Source: a virus (Duplodnaviria > Caudoviricetes). Taken from it: a stretch of 64,000 bases of DNA. The notes under the pieces were generated by a model. It made no database searches, was not told where the DNA came from, and saw only the letters and a list, made by a program, of their open reading frames with translations. The DNA is taken from positions 1 through 64,000 of the IMG/VR virus record IMGVR_UViG_3300014039_000311, one strand, 5' to 3'. Below are positions 8,560 through 18,531 of the stretch, piece after piece (the first letter of the stretch is position 1; the number at the start of each line of letters is the position of its first letter). Both the position numbers and the translations under genes were made by a program.

Positions 8560-10068
8560 TTAATATGTTCCGCAGTCCCAAACATTAGACATTGTGATGC
8601 CTCCGCTTTCAATGGTGAACAAGTCATTTGCGTTTCCTTCTTTGGCAGCGGCGAACTGTACCTTTATGGTAGTCTTGTTTGTGGCAGAGTTATCGACTAC
8701 GACACTTTCGTCAGCAGCCTCGACGTGGTTCTTGGCAATAGCGTCAGAGTTCTTCTTAACCTGTGCGTCAAGTGCGGCAATCTCACCAACGACAGTCGTA
8801 GCCTGATTTGTGTAATTGCCCTTTGTTGTAACGTGGTCGCCATTTTCAGCCAAGCCTACGCTTGCCTCGACTGTGTTAACTGATGCGGTAAGTTCTCCCT
8901 CGACACCCTTGGCACGTTCTGTCTCAGCATCTATTGCATCATCGACACCACTTACTTTAAGACCGTCTGCACTTACAGTCAAGTAATTCTCGCTTTTGGC
9001 ATCAATCTTGGCAGTAACCTTGTGATCGACCAATTCTATACCATCACCCATTTCTTTTTCTTGGATAAGGTCAGACATGCTAACTTCCACTACACTGTCA
9101 GTGCCATCTGCAAGTGTGTATGTGAAAGTAAGTATCTGATTTTCATATTTAACACTCTTCAGAGTCTGGTCTTTGTTTATCTTGACAAGTGCGCCCTTTG
9201 CTGTAGTACCATCTTTACCAACCAATTTATATGCAGTCTTGACGTTTGTCTCACCTAGGGCTTTAAGTTCGTCGGCAGTAAGCTCAACGAGTTTTATAGA
9301 CGATTTTATGCCTTTATCAGACTGTGACAGTACATCGTCATTATCGATCGCGAGTGAGATTGTCTTTGTATTGGTTTCCTTGTTAACGTCCGAGACCTTA
9401 ACTGACTCTGCGCCGACATATTGTACTATCGCTTCGCTTGCTACGCTTAGCTTACCCGAGTTTTCGTTGCGTACGATGGTAGTGCCGTCGATGTTCACAC
9501 TTACGTCAACTCCGTTATTGGTATTCAGAGTTACTGACTTGTCATTTGAAGTAATGGACTTACGGCTGACGGTAATAACTCCGTCGGTCTCGCTGACTGA
9601 ATCAACGAACTGACCCTTTACGGCAACATCCTCCTTGTCTAATGCTTCTATCGCAGTTTTTCTTGCGGCTTTCTCGTCCTCGATGGCTTTTTTGACTGTA
9701 TTAGTCTCGTCGAAGCCTGTACCGATTTGGCTTTGTAAGTCTTGCAGTTTGTCTGTTACGTGGTCGGCTGATGAATTAGCGTCAGAAACTTTACGCCAAT
9801 TAGATTCTTTTTGTGCTTCAGTGGTGAGAATACCATTTCCTTTTGAATAAGGGCCTACATACATGTATTCGGCTTTTTCTGTCTCAACATACACATGCAG
9901 TCCAAGTGCAATAAGGCAATAATCTCCGACAGTACCGAATGTATCAGCACAGTTCTTAACCATGTCATCTTTGGTCTCAACTACTTGTCTTGGATCGACA
10001 GGGTCACAAGAACCGGCTTTAAAAGGAGCCGGGAGAGCAATAGGATTTGTAAATTTTATACTAGCCAT
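8560..10068 (-). CDS. Tail fibre-like structural protein
   Basis: 502 aa with beta-repeat and coiled-coil segments (ENYLTVSADGLKVSG also similar to a segment of the 1498-aa ORF); C-terminal WDCGTY. Confidence 0.55.
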   Translation of the reverse strand: MASIKFTNPIALPAPFKAGSCDPVDPRQVVETKDDMVKNCADTFGTVGDYCLIALGLHVYVETEKAEYMYVGPYSKGNGILTTEAQKESNWRKVSDANSSADHVTDKLQDLQSQIGTGFDETNTVKKAIEDEKAARKTAIEALDKEDVAVKGQFVDSVSETDGVITVSRKSITSNDKSVTLNTNNGVDVSVNIDGTTIVRNENSGKLSVASEAIVQYVGAESVKVSDVNKETNTKTISLAIDNDDVLSQSDKGIKSSIKLVELTADELKALGETNVKTAYKLVGKDGTTAKGALVKINKDQTLKSVKYENQILTFTYTLADGTDSVVEVSMSDLIQEKEMGDGIELVDHKVTAKIDAKSENYLTVSADGLKVSGVDDAIDAETERAKGVEGELTASVNTVEASVGLAENGDHVTTKGNYTNQATTVVGEIAALDAQVKKNSDAIAKNHVEAADESVVVDNSATNKTTIKVQFAAAKEGNANDLFTIESGGITMSNVWDCGTY

Positions 10069-10099
10069 GCTATAAATTTCTTTCGTTTAAATTGTTTAT

Positions 10100-11590
10100 T
10101 TAGAATGTAACTACCTGATATCTCTTTGAATCAGCAGCTCCGCCGACCCATTTATATTGGAAATATTTATACTGTTTGTCACCGAAAGTCTTGTTTATCT
10201 CGACCGGTGAGGACAGACTACTTTTAACGTTAACGTCAAACTTGCCTGAAACTTCATTGTATGCGTAGAAAGTGTTTATCTTTCTTGGAGTCTCAATTAC
10301 GAGCGGCGCAGAGGCTGTAGTCGCAGGCCATTTTGCAGAAGGTGCGAATGTCATTGCCCCCCAAGCGATAAGACCCTGCTTTGAGGTATTGGTAGTAGTG
10401 TTAGTCGTAGCGAATATAGGCAGCGTGGCGTTCAAAGTGACTATGCCACTTGTAACGTTTCCGGCCGCATGAGGATTGGCAACATTACCCTTATTGGTTG
10501 TTGGCATTGGATTAGGTGTTGCGCCCTTTGATGTCCTCATTACAGAACCTTGCACGTAGTCAATAGTAACCCTATATGTATATTTACCGAGACCGAACTT
10601 TTCATCGAATTCCGTTACGTCATTTTTTGCGCTACCGTCAGAGGTTGTACCGGCATTGGCGTTAGCCGCATAAGGCACATATGTCATTTTGACTGTCGTT
10701 GCTGACGCATTTCCCACGTAGTCGGTAGTTGCGGTTACTCCGTCTTTCACCTCTACCTTACCCTTATAAAGTGACGTTGTGAAATTGTCTGCCACTTTTG
10801 GTGCAGTTGCACCAACTTCAACCAAACCGTTGTTATTGAATCCTTTGAACGATATGCTTGCTGATGGGTCGGTAACAGTCGGGTAGATAGTCTTGAAAAT
10901 GATGCTGTCAAGGATTTCAGACAATGGTTTACCTTTCAGTTCACTTGCCTTTGTACCCTGTGTGATGTCACCCATTGTCGCAGGAACTTTCAAGTCCATA
11001 GGCGAGAGGGGCGTATATGTGAGTTGGAAGTCATCGACTTTCTCGTCAGTACCATCTTCATTGGTGTGGAGTACGTTATATACGTCAGCTTGAGCACTTG
11101 TGTAGTTAGCGTCCTGCAATTCTTGACTAACCTTATTAGCATATTTCTTTATCTCAACGTTAGACTGAAGTTTCTCAATTGCATCAGACAACTTACTGTC
11201 GGCATCTTTTAGTGATGTCGAGGTCTTTAGTATATTGTCAGCGGCATCAGCTTTATAGCTTCCGTTGTCTTCAAGACCTGCACCTTGCTCTATGGAATTG
11301 ACTTCAGTCGTCAGATTGTCAAGAGAGGCTTTGATGACATCAGGAATTGTTTCGCCGTTATTAATGCCTTCGAAATATGTAACGATAGCATCCTTGCCAC
11401 CTACTTTAGTTACAACACCGATAATTGCCTTAACGGTATCTCCTTTAGTATAACGGCAAGCTATGAGTTCACCGTCACGTTTGGCTTCCTTCATACCTTC
11501 TATCTTTGCGATAGCAGCTGCACGGTCGGCAACCATTTCGGTATTTCTTAAAATTTGTAGAATTTTTTTGTTAAAATCTGATATACCCAT
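10100..11590 (-). CDS. Tail fibre-like/virion structural protein
   Basis: 496 aa, Thr-rich beta C-terminal part; N-terminal LQILR...DGEL motif shared with the adjacent gene. Confidence 0.5.
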   Translation of the reverse strand: MGISDFNKKILQILRNTEMVADRAAAIAKIEGMKEAKRDGELIACRYTKGDTVKAIIGVVTKVGGKDAIVTYFEGINNGETIPDVIKASLDNLTTEVNSIEQGAGLEDNGSYKADAADNILKTSTSLKDADSKLSDAIEKLQSNVEIKKYANKVSQELQDANYTSAQADVYNVLHTNEDGTDEKVDDFQLTYTPLSPMDLKVPATMGDITQGTKASELKGKPLSEILDSIIFKTIYPTVTDPSASISFKGFNNNGLVEVGATAPKVADNFTTSLYKGKVEVKDGVTATTDYVGNASATTVKMTYVPYAANANAGTTSDGSAKNDVTEFDEKFGLGKYTYRVTIDYVQGSVMRTSKGATPNPMPTTNKGNVANPHAAGNVTSGIVTLNATLPIFATTNTTTNTSKQGLIAWGAMTFAPSAKWPATTASAPLVIETPRKINTFYAYNEVSGKFDVNVKSSLSSPVEINKTFGDKQYKYFQYKWVGGAADSKRYQVVTF

Positions 11591-11618
11591 AATATTAATT
11601 AATTAATTTATTATCCTT

Positions 11619-11651
11619 TATAATTGACGGTTTGTATTGCCGTCAATTATA
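11619..11651 (-). terminator. Hairpin overlapping a TATTTAT motif
   Basis: TATAATTGACGG...CCGTCAATTATA perfect inverted repeat. Confidence 0.55.
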
Positions 11652-11658
11652 AATATCT

Positions 11659-14600
11659 TTAGTATTTTCCAAAATCAATCAAATCGCTCAAGGCTTTTTC
11701 GATATTTTTAAGTCTGTCATACACACTTGACTGTTCTTCCTCAGGTGTACCGAGTTGATTCTGAATGTTATTGACTTTAGTTCCTATAGCAAGCAAGTCG
11801 TTCTTAACATTCTTCATGTCAGCTTCGAGAGTGCTAACTCTTTCCTCTTGAGCATCAACTTTATCAGAAAGCTGCTTGAAGCTGTTTGACAGTTCATTAA
11901 AGCTGCTCGATAGGTTGGTAACATCTGAGCTTAAGTTGATGATCTGACCTTTTAACGTGTCGATTGCTCCCTTATTAGACCCGATATCCTTAACGTTTTG
12001 TTCAACCTTGCTGTTGATACTGTCAACAGAAGACCGTAAGTTGGATATGTCTGTTTTCGACTGCTGTACGTCTGATTTCAACGTGTCGATATCGACAGAC
12101 ATGCCTCCGACCTTGTCAGTCTGTGTTTTAAGGTCTTCGATAGCCTTTTGAATGGTCACTTCCGTGCCGCCCCATAAAGCCGTGAGCTTCGATGCCTCGT
12201 TAGATGCGTAGAGCGTACCGTTGTCGTTCAGTATTGCATTATGACTTTCAGTAGAGATATCCAATCTTGCTGTAAGGGTGTCTACGCCGTTAGCGTCAGG
12301 TGACTTAGCAAGCTTGATAGGGTTCTTATCGTTGTTCTCTACGTTCCATGCGTTCATGAGGTCGCCTACGGGTATCGAGATTTTTTCGCTTGTACCGTCG
12401 TCCTTGGCTATTACCAATACAATACTTTTTGTATTGGAATCATAGTACCCTGCGGTCACGAGTGACTGCTTGGATAATTGAATGTCCGTAGTTGATATAC
12501 CATTATTAAGGCTTAATATATTTGTTGCCTTGTTGTATGTGAGTTCAACGTTGGCATACAAGCCATTACCGTCCAATTTCAGTATGTTTTGACCTGAGAG
12601 ATTAAGCTTGACATCTGCATTTATGGTAGTGCCTGTATCGGACTTGCTTACAGTTGTCTTTACTGAATTGCTTTCCGTGGCAGTCAGGCTAAGCCTTGTG
12701 GATTCATTCTTAAGCAACTGTATGTCAGTTGCGTTGGATGCCACTTGCCCATTAAGTGATGCTATTGCGTCTGCGTTCGCCTTCTCTGAGGCTTTCGCCC
12801 GTATGGCTTCTTGTTCAACTTCCGTTTTGGCGGCAAGACTGTCAATATTCGACTGCGTAAGGAAGCCTTTGGTGTCGATTTCCACCTTGGTGTAAACATT
12901 GTCGGCGTTGGCCTTCTTGTCTATCTGACCTTTCAGTTCGTTCTTGGTAGTTTCTATGGAAGTCTCCACTGTTTTTATCTCAGAATCGATGTAGTCTTTT
13001 GATGTCTTTATCGCATTTGCCACTGAGCCTTCTTGTGCTTCGTTACCGTTGATGATAGCTATTGCGTCTGCGTTCGCCTTCTCTGCGGCACGTGCAATGA
13101 CAGCTTCATCTTCCATCTTTTTGTCGGTGTATCTGTTGGCATCTACCAAAGCCTTGGCGATTGACCCTTCCTGTGCATAATTTCCGTTGATTATATCAAT
13201 TGCTGAAATGTTCTCATTAACTTTTTCGTCTAACCGATTCACATTGTCCGTAACTACATTCAGCTCCATCTTAGTCGCAAGACTTGAGATATCTTGATGC
13301 TCAGTCAGGTATCGGCTGTCAGATTCAGTCTTTGTATATGAATCACCAACATTTGCTTTCACGTTTAAAGCATCATTGATTCCCGAAAGCTTAACACCGT
13401 TTTCACTTACGGTAAGATAGCTTTCAGAAGAAGGATCAATCTTCAATGAGAATTTATTTCCATCTAATGATATGCCATCTCCGTTGACATAGTTGTCAAC
13501 CAAGTCTGAAATGTCGATTTCAACAGTCTTATTGCCTGTCTTGGTGATGAATACGAAAGTGATGTGTTTATTTGTTTCATCATAGTTAACACTGTCAACG
13601 AATTGGTCTTGAGGTATGTTTATCTCACCTGAAGGCTTGCCGTCTACCATCAATGTATATTGCAAGTCACTTTGACTATTTTTGACAACAGTAACTTCGC
13701 CTATCTTGGTTGACAACACGATATCCGTATCTTTGTCCTTTTGGACAAGCTCAGCAATCTTGCTGTCAATCTCAGTGTCCTTGGCAGTCAGTGTTGCGGT
13801 TGCTGCATCGGTATATGACTTGGCTTCGGAAAGAGCCGCAGTTGTCTTTGCTGTAGCGTCATCTGATAAAGCCTTAGATACCTCAACCTTTGCTTTTTCC
13901 AAATTCGTATTCACAGACGTGCTGAGTTTTCCGACTTCATTATTGGTGTACGTCTTGGCTTCGGAAAGAGCGTCAGCAAGACTGCCATTAGTCTCAGCAC
14001 TGAACTTTTCTATCTTATCGGCAAGTTCGTTTTCTTTCTGCGTTGCACGGTCAGTCTCGTTACCTATCAGTTGGGTTAGATTGTCAGTGTATTCTGTCTT
14101 AACTATATGTCTTACAGAATAGGGTGTGTCCTCGCTTGCGTTAAGCGTAGCAATATCGGCGGATAAATCGGCAACATCCGCCTTTATTATGTCATCCTGC
14201 CTTGTTCTTTCGCTTGCTTCGTTTCCTATCGCATTATTTGCGTTGGTGACATCAAGCTTTGTTTCATTGACCTTATTGGTCAAATCTTTGACATTGGTCT
14301 TTATTTCGTCATGAAGTGCATTTGCCTCATTATAGTGGGAGTTGACTAAGCTTTCGATACGTTGTTCCTCATTAGTGGCACGTGTCTGTTCTGTAGTCAA
14401 TGCAGTAGCTAAAGCAACGTCTTGTGCCTTCATGTTCACAACTTCAGTCTTTAACGTTGTAACGTCAGAATTAATGGCGGTCGTAGTCGCTATGTTGTTA
14501 TCCAACTTAACTGAAAGAGTGCTTTCTGCTGCCGTTGCCCTGTCTGTCTCGTCATGTATTGCTTTGTTAGCAGCAGAAAGGCCGTCAGTCAATGTTTTCT

Positions 14601-16137
14601 CTACAGCAAGAGCACGGTCGGACTCAGCCTTTACTGCATCTGTTACTATTGACTTTGGCGCAACTAACTCGTTATTGACGACAGACAGCATGTTGTCGTT
14701 AGAAGAGAGTTTAAGTTCAGCCTTGACCTTATTACCGTTGCTGTCATTAGGAGACTCAATGAGACTTACCGGACCTGTCTCGACAAATGTAAATTCTTTA
14801 ACGAGTGCTTGCATGTCTATCTCAACACGTGAATCATTCTTAAATATTATGACAAGCTTCTTGGTCGTAGAATCATAGTGAGCATCCTCTACAATATCAA
14901 CATTCGGCAATGTAATTACCTTGGTCAGATTACCGCAACGTAATAAAAGAGTACCTTCCTTGGCGTTAGCCGAAAGCTCAACATCGGCCTCAATGCCTCC
15001 GTTTTTCACGATGATGGTTCTATCACTTCCAAGACGCAAACCTGCCGACACGTGATATCCCCCCGTATCTTCCTCAGTCGCCGTAACGACAACGGTATCA
15101 GTTGTGTCACCATGTATCTTGCTGTTCTTCTTAAAGTCATCAATATCCGCTTTTATGTCATTTACGGATTTTTCCACAGTATCTGACTTGGCTTCAAGTT
15201 CCTTAATACTTTTATATACTGTCTTGCCTTCATATTTTATGTTGGATGCACGACCATCAACGAATAGTTTACCGTCTTGCAGTCCCAATATGTTATTGGC
15301 ATCTTCAGATAACTTCGCATCGGCTGAGATGGATTGCTTCTCAGAGTCAATCTTAACATCGATGCTATGTGCGATATTATCTGCTACATATTCAGTATGT
15401 TTGCCAAGGCTGATAACCTTGCGATATGCGTCGTCACGAAACTTACCATCTTTAATTCCGCTTGCGGTGAATGTGAGTTCATTTTTGTCTGCGTCATATT
15501 CAAGGTTAGAAGCTGCGTATAGTCCGTCTTCTTTCTGACAGATGATGTTGTTGTTAAAATCAACGTTGTCAGAATCGCCGCTTGCGGACAATTTAACGTT
15601 GGCTTTCAGTACTTTTTTCCCATCTGCACTATCTGAATAAGTCAATGTGATTGATTTCGTGTCCTCTACTTTAATACCGTTGTCACTGAAGCCTTGCTGA
15701 ATGAAGTCTGAAAGACTTGTAACAGCATCAGATAATGATACAGCGTTTCCGATAACTTTATCTTTTGGATCGGGTGTATAAGTAATTTTGTCCTTTATCT
15801 TGTTTTCATCGACGACGAATCCGCAAGCCTTGACTATCTCGTTTATTGACGCAAGTGCATTTGAAATATTCTCCTTTTCCGTCGTCGAACTATTAGAGAT
15901 TGCCGAAATTCTTTCATCTAAGTCATTAGCGTCAATGCAGAATATCTTCCTGTCAGACGTGCCAATGGCGATAATGGCATTCGGAGATTTTTGGTCTCCG
16001 TAAAAGGCCAATGCTGGTTCTCCAATCAGTGAATTCGGTCTAAAATTTTCATTGAAATATTCAATTGCATCCTCACGGGTTGCAAAAATCTCGCTTTTAT
16101 GTGTTAAAAGTTGAAGACTATATTCTTTATTTTTCAT
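11659..16137 (-). CDS. Long tail fibre-like coiled-coil protein (about 1490 aa)
   Basis: Repeated ExxRAxxxE coiled-coil units and beta repeats; C-terminal IDFGKY; start placed at 16137 from promoter-motif spacing (ORF track starts 16155). Confidence 0.6.
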   Translation of the reverse strand: MKNKEYSLQLLTHKSEIFATREDAIEYFNENFRPNSLIGEPALAFYGDQKSPNAIIAIGTSDRKIFCIDANDLDERISAISNSSTTEKENISNALASINEIVKACGFVVDENKIKDKITYTPDPKDKVIGNAVSLSDAVTSLSDFIQQGFSDNGIKVEDTKSITLTYSDSADGKKVLKANVKLSASGDSDNVDFNNNIICQKEDGLYAASNLEYDADKNELTFTASGIKDGKFRDDAYRKVISLGKHTEYVADNIAHSIDVKIDSEKQSISADAKLSEDANNILGLQDGKLFVDGRASNIKYEGKTVYKSIKELEAKSDTVEKSVNDIKADIDDFKKNSKIHGDTTDTVVVTATEEDTGGYHVSAGLRLGSDRTIIVKNGGIEADVELSANAKEGTLLLRCGNLTKVITLPNVDIVEDAHYDSTTKKLVIIFKNDSRVEIDMQALVKEFTFVETGPVSLIESPNDSNGNKVKAELKLSSNDNMLSVVNNELVAPKSIVTDAVKAESDRALAVEKTLTDGLSAANKAIHDETDRATAAESTLSVKLDNNIATTTAINSDVTTLKTEVVNMKAQDVALATALTTEQTRATNEEQRIESLVNSHYNEANALHDEIKTNVKDLTNKVNETKLDVTNANNAIGNEASERTRQDDIIKADVADLSADIATLNASEDTPYSVRHIVKTEYTDNLTQLIGNETDRATQKENELADKIEKFSAETNGSLADALSEAKTYTNNEVGKLSTSVNTNLEKAKVEVSKALSDDATAKTTAALSEAKSYTDAATATLTAKDTEIDSKIAELVQKDKDTDIVLSTKIGEVTVVKNSQSDLQYTLMVDGKPSGEINIPQDQFVDSVNYDETNKHITFVFITKTGNKTVEIDISDLVDNYVNGDGISLDGNKFSLKIDPSSESYLTVSENGVKLSGINDALNVKANVGDSYTKTESDSRYLTEHQDISSLATKMELNVVTDNVNRLDEKVNENISAIDIINGNYAQEGSIAKALVDANRYTDKKMEDEAVIARAAEKANADAIAIINGNEAQEGSVANAIKTSKDYIDSEIKTVETSIETTKNELKGQIDKKANADNVYTKVEIDTKGFLTQSNIDSLAAKTEVEQEAIRAKASEKANADAIASLNGQVASNATDIQLLKNESTRLSLTATESNSVKTTVSKSDTGTTINADVKLNLSGQNILKLDGNGLYANVELTYNKATNILSLNNGISTTDIQLSKQSLVTAGYYDSNTKSIVLVIAKDDGTSEKISIPVGDLMNAWNVENNDKNPIKLAKSPDANGVDTLTARLDISTESHNAILNDNGTLYASNEASKLTALWGGTEVTIQKAIEDLKTQTDKVGGMSVDIDTLKSDVQQSKTDISNLRSSVDSINSKVEQNVKDIGSNKGAIDTLKGQIINLSSDVTNLSSSFNELSNSFKQLSDKVDAQEERVSTLEADMKNVKNDLLAIGTKVNNIQNQLGTPEEEQSSVYDRLKNIEKALSDLIDFGKY

Positions 16138-16167
16138 ATCTTTTATATTACGCATTAATAAATATTA

Positions 16168-18489
16168 TTAGAATTCTCCAAAATTCATAGAGAACTGAAC
16201 TTTTATGTCATTTATACCACCCTTGCTCTTTAAAGTTAAAATACCTTTATCAGTATCAAATGAAGTACCCTCATCTGTTAATATTGCATCCTTAATTTTA
16301 TTATCAGAAGCGATTCTCTCATCTTTTTCTGTGTTGTCAGCATCCTTTCGTTCCTGAATTTCAGTTGCAATTCCGCCATTAATAGTGTTGAAACCATCAG
16401 AAATAACCTTATTAATCTGTTCAAATGCCTTTTCTGTCTCTTTTCCGAAATCAGTTAATACCTGATTGGTATGATTTAGGTTTGAATCTGTAGTGTCAAT
16501 TCTGTTATCCAAATTATCAATTGAGGCTTCGTTTGCATCGACACGTTCTTTCAATTGAGCATAACCATCATTGCCAGTATTTATATACTGTTCAATTTTA
16601 TCTTCTAATTCAGTGTCTTTAGTTTCACGATCTTGTTTTTCTTTTGTAATTGCCTTGTCCAGTTCTTCCTCTTTTGACTTAGCTCTTTCAATCTCTTGAT
16701 CTAAGACTTCTTTGTTTGTTGTAACGGTAGCCTTAATCTCCTCATCAGCATCCTTTCGTTCCTGAATTTCAGTTGCAATTCCGCCATTAATAGTGTTGAC
16801 GGCATCGACCAAGTTATCATTAACGGTCTTGATTGAATCGTTTATCGTATTTATTGAAGCAACCAAATTATTATTGACAGTTTCGATAGTTTCCGAATTC
16901 TGTGTCAATTTTGGTTTCAATTCATTGTTAATTGTATCTTCAATTAATGTATCCTTAGCAATGGAACGATTTATCTCATTTTCTAATTTAGCGTTTAATT
17001 CATCAAGCTTAGGGTTAATATTACCATTTACAGTCTCTTTTACAAATTCTCCGACATTTATTAATTTACCGTTGCTTAAACGATATTCATCATTTGTCTG
17101 ACCATTAGGTGAATTCATAATAACAACACTTTCACCATCCTTTAATTCGTTTCGTAGCCAATTTTTACCATCCCATTCGTTCAAATAAAATTTAGTCGTA
17201 CTAGTTAATTCCAAACCGTTATTTGGTTCAATTCGTCTACCACAATTTCCACAATCTAATGAGATATTGACGGAAGTCCATATTGAATGACCATTCTTTA
17301 CAGATGGCATTAGTACTGTTGGATATTGATCCGACAATATATTTTCACTCTCATGGAAATTATTGCCATTATAATTCTTAACTAATCTAAGTGAAAGATA
17401 ATTTTGGCCTGCAATTACATTTTGATAAACAGAATTCTTGTTGTTCTCAAAACGTTTAACATATACACTCTCGCAATTTGAATTCGTTGCCGTCCAGAAA
17501 TAAGCTCTTTCTCCGAAGAATACAAAATTTTGCCCATCGTCAGCATAACCTGATGGAACTACACGGAATCCGAATGCATCAAGACCATCTGTAGGTATAC
17601 CATCACAATCACAACTACAACAGCAATTATCATTGTCTGAATTTTCACAATTATTATCTCCGCATGAATTGGCAACTGCATCGCAGTTAGTATCATAAAT
17701 AATACAAGTACCATTTCCACCACAACCGTCAGTCACATCTGAATGTAACCATAAATCCTTTGATTTTAATAGTTTTCCTGCGTATTCTCCAAGATATCTG
17801 TTGGCAGATGCAGAACTGTGTTCTCTATCACTTGGACAAGGTTCGACAGCGTTAAGCATATCATCCCAATCTTCTTTTGTCGGTATTCTCCAAGGAGAAT
17901 TTGCGTCACGCAAATTACATGCAATCTTTTTGACTGCCTTGTAATTGTATAACATTCCGTAGGTACTTACATTTTCTTTAGTAAGGTATCTATCACCGAC
18001 AACAGAAACGCTGCAATTTGGCATTTTCTCACCATCAGCCACGGATATAAGTCTTTTGACTGGTCTATACTGTCCTGTTTTAAACATGGGCGAAATTGAT
18101 ACAGGATTGGCTGCAAGCCCATTACCTTTAAGACTATCGTCAACTGATACTGTAACACCTGTATTCATTTCAGTAGCAAAACCTGTAATCGCTATTTGTT
18201 CTCCGTTCCTCGTGAATTTCAATATTCCATTTTCTTTGTCAAACACAATGTCTGATATTGAGGTTTGTTGCAAATCTGTAATACCCTTTAGTGCATCAGC
18301 AGAACGCATAATATCACCGTTTAGCAATTCAATGACAATGTCACTATCTTCGATTCTTAGTGATTTTATGTCACGACCTTCAAGGACAAAGAAATTATTG
18401 TCCACCTCGATACCGTCAAGGGCACAATTTTTCGTAACGTCTCCACTATAAGGAGAATTTTTTCTGAAATATGTTATTCCGTTAATCAT
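16168..18489 (-). CDS. Virion fibre protein with Fib_succ_major (FISUMP)-like domain and C-terminal coiled coil
   Basis: GMLYNY...WRIPTKEDW...AGKLLKS...FGFRVVPSG...AYFWTAT...LSLRLVK; Cys-rich insert; C-terminal MNFGEF. Confidence 0.7.
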   Translation of the reverse strand: MINGITYFRKNSPYSGDVTKNCALDGIEVDNNFFVLEGRDIKSLRIEDSDIVIELLNGDIMRSADALKGITDLQQTSISDIVFDKENGILKFTRNGEQIAITGFATEMNTGVTVSVDDSLKGNGLAANPVSISPMFKTGQYRPVKRLISVADGEKMPNCSVSVVGDRYLTKENVSTYGMLYNYKAVKKIACNLRDANSPWRIPTKEDWDDMLNAVEPCPSDREHSSASANRYLGEYAGKLLKSKDLWLHSDVTDGCGGNGTCIIYDTNCDAVANSCGDNNCENSDNDNCCCSCDCDGIPTDGLDAFGFRVVPSGYADDGQNFVFFGERAYFWTATNSNCESVYVKRFENNKNSVYQNVIAGQNYLSLRLVKNYNGNNFHESENILSDQYPTVLMPSVKNGHSIWTSVNISLDCGNCGRRIEPNNGLELTSTTKFYLNEWDGKNWLRNELKDGESVVIMNSPNGQTNDEYRLSNGKLINVGEFVKETVNGNINPKLDELNAKLENEINRSIAKDTLIEDTINNELKPKLTQNSETIETVNNNLVASINTINDSIKTVNDNLVDAVNTINGGIATEIQERKDADEEIKATVTTNKEVLDQEIERAKSKEEELDKAITKEKQDRETKDTELEDKIEQYINTGNDGYAQLKERVDANEASIDNLDNRIDTTDSNLNHTNQVLTDFGKETEKAFEQINKVISDGFNTINGGIATEIQERKDADNTEKDERIASDNKIKDAILTDEGTSFDTDKGILTLKSKGGINDIKVQFSMNFGEF
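16337..16799. repeat. Identical 55-bp direct repeat (16337-16391 and 16745-16799), in frame
   Basis: Both copies encode NTINGGIATEIQERKDAD. Confidence 0.85.
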
Positions 18490-18531
18490 TATCAAATAAA
18501 ATTATTTAATTATAAATATCTTACTGCAAGT

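Noticed and set aside
8594-18451. Numerous plus-strand ORFs opposite the fibre genes, and similar short ORFs elsewhere
   Set aside because: Antisense shadow ORFs produced by codon bias; no motifs or expression signals
16168-18489. Diversity-generating retroelement
   Set aside because: The duplicated 55 bp are identical with no adenine-specific mismatches, lie in the coiled coil, and no reverse transcriptase is present
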